Below, in pieces: positions 9,961-16,825 of a DNA stretch of 32,000 nucleotides. Each line of letters starts with the position of its first letter. Positions within the stretch are counted from its first letter, which is position 1. The DNA lies in IMG/VR virus record IMGVR_UViG_3300035663_000007, positions 14,415 to 46,414 of that record; one strand, given 5' to 3'. A model generated the notes under the pieces. The model ran no database searches and had not been told where the DNA came from. It saw only the letters and a list, made by a program, of their open reading frames with translations. The translations under genes and the position numbers were made by a program. The stretch is from a virus.

Positions 9961-10212
9961 AGTCAAGAATCAAGGTTTACCAATGTAGTTTGTTGGTAAA
10001 CAGTTAACCAGTCTAAGCTCTTTACTGAGCTACGTTATTGAGAAGCGTTTAAGTTCATACCTTGGGATGCGTTGCCAGTTCCAAGCTCTATAACTAGGTG
10101 ATTAAACAGATGTACAGCAATTAAGTCAGTGTCACCTGGATAGTACCGCTTAATAACATTGACGAGGCACACTTTACCCGATTTATCGGAGGCTCGAAAG
10201 AGTTATTTTTAA
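9961..10212 (+). ncRNA. omegaRNA/tracrRNA-like noncoding RNA upstream of iscB
   Basis: Non-coding region flush against iscB with nested stems: TTTACCAA/TTGGTAAA (9977-10000), AGCTC/GAGCT (10016-10031), CTTGG/CCAAG (10061-10085), CTAGGTGA/TCACCTGG (10094-10101 with 10132-10139), and a 3' element 'GACGAGGCACACTTTACCCGATTTATCGGAGGCTCGAAAG' resembling the 3' part of known IscB omegaRNAs. Exact 5' end unknown. Confidence 0.75.
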
Positions 10213-11511
10213 ATGTCTAAAGTATTCGTAATGGATGCCGAAAAGCGTCCATTAAATCCAATCTCACCCGCAAAAGCTAGGATTCTTTTAACGCAAAAGA
10301 AAGCCGCAGTTTTTCGGCATCAACCTTTTACAATCATCCTAAAATATGCTGTCAAATCTTCAACTGAAGACTTGAGGCTAAAGATAGATCCTGGTTCTAA
10401 ATTTACTGGCATTGCCTTGGTAAACGACGGCACGGGTGAAGTTGTTTGGGGCGCTGATATTCAACATCGTGGCATGGTGATCAAGAATGCACTGGAATCC
10501 CGACGCAGTTTAAGAAGGGGTCGCAGGGGACGGAAAACCAGATACCGCCAACCCCGTTTCCTTAATAGAACACGGGTTAAAGGTTGGTTAGCTCCGAGCT
10601 TGATGTCACGGGTCGAAAATGTGATTACCTGGGTCAATCGGTTAAGAAAGTTGGCTCCGATTGCAGCGATATCTCAGGAGTTGGTACGGTTCGACACTCA
10701 AATCATGGAGAATCCAGAAGTTTCCGGTGTTGAGTATCAGCAAGGGGAACTCGCGGGCTATGAAGTCAGGGAATACCTTTTGGAGAAGTTTAACCGTCAG
10801 TGCGTTTACTGTGGCGCTGTTGATACCAGATTAGAGATTGAACACTTGATACCCAGATCAAAGGGTGGGAGTAATCGGGTTTCTAATTTAGCGATCGCTT
10901 GCCATAAATGCAATCAGAAAAAGGGTGCTAAGGATATTAAAGATTTCCTTTCTAAGAAAAAGGAATTGCTTAATAAAATCCTGAAACGGGTTAAAGCCCC
11001 TCTCAAAGATGCAGCCGCCGTTAATTCTACCCGGTGGTGTTTATACAACCGATTGAAAGAAACGGGTTTACCTGTAGAAGTTGGGACGGGGGGACGGACT
11101 AAGTTTAACCGATGCCGTCAAAAGTTCCCTAAAGCTCACTGGATTGACGCGGCTTGTGTTGGTGCTTCTACTCCCGAAAATCTGATTATTAAGGATGTCA
11201 AACCTTTATTAATATCAGCTAAAGGGCATGGGGTCAGGCAACGGGTAACGACTGATAAATATGGTTTTCCTAAGTGCCATAAAGCAAGAATCAAGAGCTT
11301 TATGGGGTATAAAACGGGGGATTTAGTTAAGGCTGTAATTCCATCTGGAAAGAATAAGGGAACCCATTATGGTCGAGTTACGATCCGGCAACGTCCGAGT
11401 TTTACCTTGGACAAGATGGATGTTCACCCAAAATACCTGAGCCTACTTCAGAAAGCCGATGGTTATGCTTATTCGAGCCTCGAACCATTACAAGAAAGCA
11501 GTTCCAGTTAA
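10213..11511 (+). CDS. iscB: IscB RNA-guided nuclease (RuvC plus HNH), 432 aa
   Basis: PLMP-type N-terminus 'VFVMDAEKRPLNPISPAKARILLTQKKAAVFRHQPFTIIL'; RuvC-I 'LRLKIDPGSKFTGIALV'; Arg-rich bridge helix 'NALESRRSLRRGRRGRKTRYRQPRFLNRTR'; RuvC-II 'PIAAISQELVRFD'; HNH 'CVYCGAVDTRLEIEHLIPRSKGGSNRVSNLAIACHKCNQKKG'; RuvC-III 'KAHWIDAACVG'. Catalytic residues appear intact. Confidence 0.95.
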   Translation: MSKVFVMDAEKRPLNPISPAKARILLTQKKAAVFRHQPFTIILKYAVKSSTEDLRLKIDPGSKFTGIALVNDGTGEVVWGADIQHRGMVIKNALESRRSLRRGRRGRKTRYRQPRFLNRTRVKGWLAPSLMSRVENVITWVNRLRKLAPIAAISQELVRFDTQIMENPEVSGVEYQQGELAGYEVREYLLEKFNRQCVYCGAVDTRLEIEHLIPRSKGGSNRVSNLAIACHKCNQKKGAKDIKDFLSKKKELLNKILKRVKAPLKDAAAVNSTRWCLYNRLKETGLPVEVGTGGRTKFNRCRQKFPKAHWIDAACVGASTPENLIIKDVKPLLISAKGHGVRQRVTTDKYGFPKCHKARIKSFMGYKTGDLVKAVIPSGKNKGTHYGRVTIRQRPSFTLDKMDVHPKYLSLLQKADGYAYSSLEPLQESSSS

Positions 11512-11609
11512 TTTATTGTCAAATCACAGAAGCCAAAATCAATGATTTTTACCGAGCCTCGCAAAAGCAGTCTAAAACCCTTTCTGTGTAAGGCTTTCAA
11601 AAGCCAGGG

Positions 11610-12971
11610 GTTAATGATTGTATTGGTTCTTGATTGATCTGATACTTACAGAATTGGTATTGGATGTTTTTTATCTTGTTCTTAGTTAATGATTGTATTG
11701 GTTCTTGATTGATCTGATACGTCTGGCTTTGATTTCTTGCCTATGTTCGTGGGGCCTGTTAATGATTGTATTGGTTCTTGATTGATCTGATACCAATTAC
11801 CCAACCCCGACCGGATAAAACCCGTATTGTTAATGATTGTATTGGTTCTTGATTGATCTGATACTAAAGCCATACAAACCCCAAACCCTTAGCTAATTGT
11901 TAATGATTGTATTGGTTCTTGATTGATCTGATACTATATTTTGAAGTCCTGAGTATTTTCTTCTCTCTATCGTTAATGATTGTATTGGTTCTTGATTGAT
12001 CTGATACTCCCTAAAGATTGGGGTAACACGATTAGCTTTACCTTCACCCGTTAATGATTGTATTGGTTCTTGATTGATCTGATACAAGTTCTCCCTGTTG
12101 GGATGTGTTGGGTTAGCTCTAAGTTAATGATTGTATTGGTTCTTGATTGATCTGATACGACAAATTCATTGGGCCGAGAATAACGATAAATTAGGTTAAT
12201 GATTGTATTGGTTCTTGATTGATCTGATACTCTAAAAAACTTAGGGTTGGGAAATTTCCCCAGCTTGGTTAGATGTTAATGATTGTATTGGTTCTTGATT
12301 GATCTGATACTCGTGAGGGTTAGAGAATCTACGGTTTTCCGGTCGGATTTGGTTAATGATTGTATTGGTTCTTGATTGATCTGATACTGCATTGTTTTAA
12401 GTCCTATTAGTGAAGGTTAGGAGGTTAATGATTGTATTGGTTCTTGATTGATCTGATACAAAAAGCTATCTCAACGCACCCACAAATGCTCTAATTGTTA
12501 ATGATTGTATTGGTTCTTGATTGATCTGATACATAGCTTAAAACCTTGTCGCCAAACAGATTCAGGCTATGTTAATGATTGTATTGGTTCTTGGCTGACT
12601 TGATACACGGGAAGGATCAAACCTGAGATAGCTCCTTATTGGTTAGTTAATGATTGTATTGGTTCTTGGCTGACTTGATACACACTGTAAAACAAATCAG
12701 TTATGATGTAAAACATAAGTTAATGATTGTATTGGTTCTTGACTGACTTGATACGTTATATGATGCGCCTTACTGCCTTCACTGACTGCGTTAATGATTG
12801 TATTGGTTCTTGACTGACTTGATACTATATCAAAATCTATATTCTGGATAGACTCAACAAGTTAATGATTGTATTGGTTCTTGACTGACTTGATACAAAA
12901 CTTAATGGCAATGGTGAGGGGAATGGGAAAAATATGTTAATGATTGCATTGGTTCTTGACTAATTTGATAC
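11610..12971 (+). CRISPR. CRISPR-like array: 19 x 36-bp repeats (GTTAATGATTGTATTGGTTCTTGATTGATCTGATAC consensus), 18 spacers of 34-44 nt; strand nominal
   Basis: Repeat starts: 11610, 11685, 11758, 11829, 11899, 11972, 12050, 12123, 12195, 12275, 12352, 12424, 12497, 12571, 12646, 12719, 12790, 12861, 12936. Repeats 1-13 identical, 14-15 end GGCTGACTTGATAC, 16-18 end GACTGACTTGATAC, 19 most divergent. Spacers unrelated by eye. Confidence 0.93.
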
Positions 12972-13062
12972 TAGCTGACTATATTATAATTTGATCGTGG
13001 GTGAACGTCTGCTTCATGCAGTGTTGTTAAAAGATTTATTTCTTTTGACACTAGCCCACACC

Positions 13063-13091
13063 TTGCTTTAAAGTGTAGATCATTATATAAT
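13063..13091 (+). promoter_or_regulatory. promoter TTGCTT-N17-TATAAT, candidate thyX promoter
   Basis: -35 13063-13068, -10 13086-13091, 17-bp spacing. Confidence 0.5.
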
Positions 13092-13200
13092 AATAGAAAT
13101 ACATCAAACAACAAAAATTATGATCAATTCTTTACGATTACTTAATTTTAAATGCTTTAAAGATCAAACTATTCCACTCAAATCCCTGACACTGTTGACA

Positions 13201-13236
13201 GTTAATGATTATCTTATTTCTTGACTGAAGATGCAC
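13201..13236 (+). repeat. degenerate solitary copy of the array repeat
   Basis: GTTAATGATTATCTTATTTCTTGACTGAAGATGCAC; 26/36 identity to repeat variant 16-18, with contiguous blocks of 10 (GTTAATGATT) and 11 (TTCTTGACTGA). Confidence 0.75.
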
Positions 13237-13253
13237 AAAAGAGTAGGAGACTA

Positions 13254-13973
13254 ATGGACAAATTCAAGGTTGATGTTTTATCGAAAACAGCTAATCCCCA
13301 ACAGATGATTTATCTGGCATTGCATCAATGTTATAGCGAGAATTATGTGTTTGAAGGCATTGATAAAACCCCCCCAGAAAAAGAGTGTGGTGAGATAGCC
13401 GTTAAACGATTACTAGAGGGAAATAGAGGACACTTTGGAGTGTTAGAGCACTGCTACATCGTTTTTAGTGTGGGATATTTCCCCCATAGTGTGATGCAAC
13501 AGGCAACCCGGCATAGAATAGCTAGTTTCGATGTTCAATCTGGGCGCTACTCAGGGCAGAGGATTGTTGATGTAATCAACTTCAAGAGAAGTTTAGAAGA
13601 TGTTTTTTACCTCCGTCCGGTGGGGAATTACAGCGATCGCCAAGGCAAAAAATATTATTATTCACCTGAATTAAGAGAAATCCATTTACAACACTGTGTA
13701 GATGCTTGTGGTTTGTATAAACAAAACATTGAGTCTGGGATGAGTGAAGAACACGCCAGGGGTTTAATCCCGTTCGATTTCAGACAGCATTTTGTTATGT
13801 CTTGTAACCTGCGTTCACTGTTACATTTTCTCGATTTAAGATTCAAAAAAGATGCTCAATTAGAGATTCAAAAACTCTCTGAAATGATGTGGGCCCATAC
13901 TCAAGAATGGGTTCCTGAGATTTCAGCTTGGTATGAAAAAAATAGATTAGGGAAAGCTCGGCTTGCCCCCTAA
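13254..13973 (+). CDS. thyX: FAD-dependent thymidylate synthase (ThyX)
   Basis: ThyX signature 'RHRIASFDVQSGRYSGQR' and 'LRSLLHFLDLR'. ATG at 13254 has RBS 'taggag' and is preferred over the TTG at 13221 used by the ORF track. Confidence 0.93.
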   Translation: MDKFKVDVLSKTANPQQMIYLALHQCYSENYVFEGIDKTPPEKECGEIAVKRLLEGNRGHFGVLEHCYIVFSVGYFPHSVMQQATRHRIASFDVQSGRYSGQRIVDVINFKRSLEDVFYLRPVGNYSDRQGKKYYYSPELREIHLQHCVDACGLYKQNIESGMSEEHARGLIPFDFRQHFVMSCNLRSLLHFLDLRFKKDAQLEIQKLSEMMWAHTQEWVPEISAWYEKNRLGKARLAP

Positions 13974-14163
13974 TTTTGCTTTCTGGAATAAGGAAAATCG
14001 TCACCCTTCATTATTAATCCAATACCTTATCAATTCCGAGAGGGATAGATTTCTTGAGGATGCGATCGCCTCTATCCTCTCCCTCTCAACTTCTGAAAGC
14101 CTCACCCTGACAACGGTTGGGCGGTTAAAAAGTTTTTTTGATTTAGGGGTTGACATATTTTGA
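13963..14163 (+). CDS. small hypothetical protein
   Basis: 66-aa ORF overlapping the end of thyX. Confidence 0.35.
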   Translation: MPPNFAFWNKENRHPSLLIQYLINSERDRFLEDAIASILSLSTSESLTLTTVGRLKSFFDLGVDIF

Positions 14164-14178
14164 TTTTGTAGCTACAAT
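14151..14178 (+). promoter_or_regulatory. promoter TTGACA-N16-TACAAT
   Basis: Preceded by 'agggg', as at 3728 and 15525. Confidence 0.6.
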
Positions 14179-14229
14179 AATTTAGTATAGAACACAAAAA
14201 AAGGGACGCCGCCAAATCGGGCGTAAAAT

Positions 14230-14742
14230 ATGAAAAACTCCACAAACGCCGACCAACTTTCTAAAAGAATTTCTCAACTGAACAGTTTAATAGTCAAATT
14301 CCCCCGCGTCCGGTCTTTAGTTCGGAAGTGGGCTTTTGAATTGACTCAACTTGAGGGGCGTTTAGAAGCCCTGAAATCGGTAGCGGTTGTGGAGTCTCCA
14401 CGACAACTAACAATTTGGAACGCACCCGTTATGGAAAAAATAGAACAATTCCCTCGCCCTGACCAATCGGATTTAGATTGGCTTTTTCAAGATCCCCCAT
14501 CAGGGACGGAAAAGCAACAAAGCTGGGCGGGGTCAATTCGGATTGACTTCATACAGGGAGTTGTAGAAGCTCATTGCAGTCTTAGAGGTGAAGTTGCCAT
14601 GGGATGTCGGATTGACTGGCTTAAGTCCCATGAAGAAATGTCTAACTTGTTAAAAGCAGCCTCCAATGCCGATGCTAAATTCTGGATTGAAACCAGAAAA
14701 GAGGGCTATATTTTTATCTCAAATAAATTATTAAAAAGTTAA
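14230..14742 (+). CDS. hypothetical protein
   Basis: 170-aa ORF downstream of the promoter at 14151. Confidence 0.55.
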   Translation: MKNSTNADQLSKRISQLNSLIVKFPRVRSLVRKWAFELTQLEGRLEALKSVAVVESPRQLTIWNAPVMEKIEQFPRPDQSDLDWLFQDPPSGTEKQQSWAGSIRIDFIQGVVEAHCSLRGEVAMGCRIDWLKSHEEMSNLLKAASNADAKFWIETRKEGYIFISNKLLKS

Positions 14743-14815
14743 TTTATGGGCTGGGCGCGATGCCTTAAATCCGCGCAAAAGTTAACGATATAAGGACAAA
14801 ACAAAGGAGGATTAT

Positions 14816-15133
14816 ATGTTGCTACACGCTCGCTACTGGAAATATGACGGGGCGTCTCCCCAGATTCCCAATACATTGAAATACGACCCTCATGGCTTTG
14901 GTCTGGGTGTTATTCAATCCCTGGATATCCTAATAAACCAATCCCCAATCCCTCTGTACCGATTAAGCTGTGTATCTTTGGAGGGTGCGATCGCCAAACA
15001 TCACAAAGGTGATTCCTTTGGGCATCAAGTCCACTGCGCGGCTACGTCTGAACAGTGGGAAGCGGCTAAGGATTATTGGGAATCAACAATTGGGATCTCA
15101 AGTTCCCAAACTCCCAAAAGTCCTACTATATAA
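14816..15133 (+). CDS. hypothetical protein
   Basis: 105-aa ORF with strong RBS 'aaaggagg'. Confidence 0.5.
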   Translation: MLLHARYWKYDGASPQIPNTLKYDPHGFGLGVIQSLDILINQSPIPLYRLSCVSLEGAIAKHHKGDSFGHQVHCAATSEQWEAAKDYWESTIGISSSQTPKSPTI

Positions 15134-15150
15134 GGATTAAACAATACCGA

Positions 15151-15199
15151 TACTACATTGGGGTGGTAGGAGGCGCAGGTTCAAATCCTGTCGCTCCGA
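15151..15199 (+). other. tRNA 3'-half-like segment (T-arm plus acceptor 3' strand)
   Basis: T-arm GCAGG-TTCAAAT-CCTGT at 15175-15191 followed by CGCTCCG+A; anticodon-like hairpin TACTAC-ATTGGG-GTGGTA at 15151-15168; no matching 5' acceptor or D-arm found. Confidence 0.45.
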
Positions 15200-15206
15200 T
15201 AGAGGT

Positions 15207-15240
15207 AAAAGCCGGATTCTGTAAGGGATTCGGCTTTTTA
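15207..15240 (+). terminator. rho-independent terminator
   Basis: AAAAGCCG (15207-15214) / CGGCTTTT (15231-15238) plus T-run. Confidence 0.6.
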
Positions 15241-15306
15241 GATCCACGATCCACCGCCCGTCGTTGCCAGATTTATTTCCAGATGGTGAATAATCTGTTA
15301 TAACTG

Positions 15307-15519
15307 GTGAATAGTTACATAGGATTTTTTATGAGGCCCCACGAACATAGGCAAGAAATCAAAGCCAGACTCAAGCCAGAAGATAGGGAAAAATTAAAAA
15401 CCCTCGTCATCGGCATGGGTTATCGTTATTGGAGACGGGAATCAGCAGAACCCGCATGGACTGAATTTTTGGAGGCGATCACAACCGGCGACATAATTCT
15501 TTACAAAAAAGTTGAGTGA
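15307..15519 (+). CDS. small hypothetical protein
   Basis: 70-aa ORF. Confidence 0.4.
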   Translation: MNSYIGFFMRPHEHRQEIKARLKPEDREKLKTLVIGMGYRYWRRESAEPAWTEFLEAITTGDIILYKKVE

Positions 15520-15524
15520 GGGGG

Positions 15525-15553
15525 TTGACATTTTAAAATAACTGGGGTACAGT
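15525..15553 (+). promoter_or_regulatory. promoter TTGACA-N17-TACAGT
   Basis: -35 15525-15530, -10 15548-15553; upstream of ORF 15646. Confidence 0.65.
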
Positions 15554-15645
15554 TATAAATGTAGAAGGTTAAAAGTTAAGCAAGTAAGGCAGCCACCCTA
15601 CTTGCTCTCAAGTCAATCATTTTCAATTAATTTAAGGAATATACC

Positions 15646-15987
15646 ATGAAAGTTAAAGTCTATTTCAATCTTCATAAAAAGATGTTTTCAGTCGTCGCAT
15701 TAGAGGGCGAAAATAAGGGGCGGGTTATAGCCCACGAAACAGAAGTTAAATTAACCAATGGTACGTTCAAAGTTTCTGAAGCCGGACGGCAACGGGTTAT
15801 CAGAGAGCAACGCAAAAATGTCCATGCTTACGTTGTTGGAACGTTGACTGACGCAGTGAAAAACTGCAATCAAGCCGTTACTTACAACCCTTATAAATAC
15901 AACTCATTTGTGTTTAAACACAATGAATCCCCTGTGTTAACGGCTCAAAGCGTTCTATTAATCAACAAGCAAATTTTCATCAACTAA
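15646..15987 (+). CDS. hypothetical protein
   Basis: 113-aa ORF with its own promoter. Confidence 0.6.
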   Translation: MKVKVYFNLHKKMFSVVALEGENKGRVIAHETEVKLTNGTFKVSEAGRQRVIREQRKNVHAYVVGTLTDAVKNCNQAVTYNPYKYNSFVFKHNESPVLTAQSVLLINKQIFIN

Positions 15988-16015
15988 ATTTTCATTAACT
16001 AAATAGGAGAATATC

Positions 16016-16174
16016 ATGGTTTATCGCATTACTCGCATCAAGACCGCAGCCAAAAAAGAAGACCGTCAAGGGTATTATTTAGACGCTCTAAATGAGTTAG
16101 AAGCCTTGACAAAATTCTACAATCAGTTCCCTGAGTTTGTAGGGGAAGAATTGGAGTTAGAGGAGTGGAGTTAA
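16016..16174 (+). CDS. small hypothetical protein (52 aa, not in ORF track)
   Basis: MVYRITRIKTAAKKEDRQGYYLDALNELEALTKFYNQFPEFVGEELELEEWS; upstream 'aggaga'. Confidence 0.45.
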   Translation: MVYRITRIKTAAKKEDRQGYYLDALNELEALTKFYNQFPEFVGEELELEEWS

Positions 16175-16219
16175 CAATAGTTTAAATATAAAGCAGGGTT
16201 GCAAAATACCCTGCTTTAT

Positions 16220-16825
16220 TTATACCTTAACTAAACTCTCAATTTCCAGGGCCCGTAACACCTGATTTACCACCTTGCTAAACACCAACTCAGATGACTG
16301 ATTGGAATTAATCAGGTGGTATTTGTATCTTTTGGCAATGTCCAAATATCCCCACCTCACCCTCTCCAAAAACAAGATATTTCTTTCAATTGCATCAAGG
16401 GGTCTGTCTTCCAATCTTGCCACAGCCGCCCGAATTGGTAAGTCAAAAATAATCACCATATCGGGTGTTAGTCCCCCCGTGACGGCTTCATTCGCTTTGA
16501 TAAGGATATTAGGGTCAATCCCGTGGCCGTAACCTTGATAGGCGAGTGTGGAGGGGGTGAAGCGATCGCATAAAACAATATCAAATTCTCCCATCTTTTT
16601 CCGAATCACATCGCAATGCACCCGCCTGTCTTCAAGAATCAAATCTAGCTGTTCCTGGGGACTCATGGAGACGGTTTTAATCTTATTCCTACACTCATCC
16701 CCATAAGGTTCTCTCGTACTCCACACAGCCAAGCTAGCTGTTGCTTCTAAGTATTCTTTCAATCTGGACATCTGAGTGGTTTTCCCACTGCGGTCAATGC
16801 CTTCAAATACAATTAATCTACTCAT
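16220..16825 (-). CDS. tmk: thymidylate kinase
   Basis: P-loop 'FEGIDRSGKTTQ', 'REP', 'DRFTPSTLAYQGYG', 'IIFDLP'. Start set at the ATG at 16825 that overlaps the upstream stop (ATGA). Confidence 0.92.
   Translation of the reverse strand: MSRLIVFEGIDRSGKTTQMSRLKEYLEATASLAVWSTREPYGDECRNKIKTVSMSPQEQLDLILEDRRVHCDVIRKKMGEFDIVLCDRFTPSTLAYQGYGHGIDPNILIKANEAVTGGLTPDMVIIFDLPIRAAVARLEDRPLDAIERNILFLERVRWGYLDIAKRYKYHLINSNQSSELVFSKVVNQVLRALEIESLVKV

Noticed and set aside
10213-11511. Cas9 (type II) or TnpB/Cas12-like annotation
   Set aside because: 432 aa with PLMP-like N-terminus and compact RuvC-HNH-RuvC layout and no REC lobe; this is IscB rather than Cas9, and TnpB lacks HNH.
11682-12087. ORFs 11682..11873 and 11893..12087 (minus) encoding 'YQINQEPIQSLT' repeats
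   Set aside because: They are translations of the CRISPR-like repeats and spacers, not real genes; the periodic peptide is the reverse complement of the 36-bp repeat.
11610-12971. Simple tandem or iteron repeat (plasmid/phage origin) instead of a CRISPR-like array
   Set aside because: Unit is 36 bp and exact over 13 copies, while intervening 34-44 nt segments are unrelated, which is unlike iterons or minisatellites. Not fully excluded without expression data.
9901-13253. Autonomous IS200/IS605-type transposon
   Set aside because: No Y1 HUH transposase ORF is present in or beside the block, and no terminal structures could be assigned by eye.
13221-13253. Upstream TTG start of thyX used in the ORF track
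   Set aside because: The TTG lies inside the degenerate repeat, while ATG 13254 has a good RBS (aggag) at proper distance.
15130-15200. Complete tRNA gene
   Set aside because: No 5' acceptor strand complementary to CGCTCCG and no D-arm within the expected distance.
15076-15303. ORF encoding '...GVVGGAGSNPVAPIE...'
   Set aside because: 'GSNPVAP' is the typical spurious translation of a tRNA T-arm; it also overlaps the terminator.
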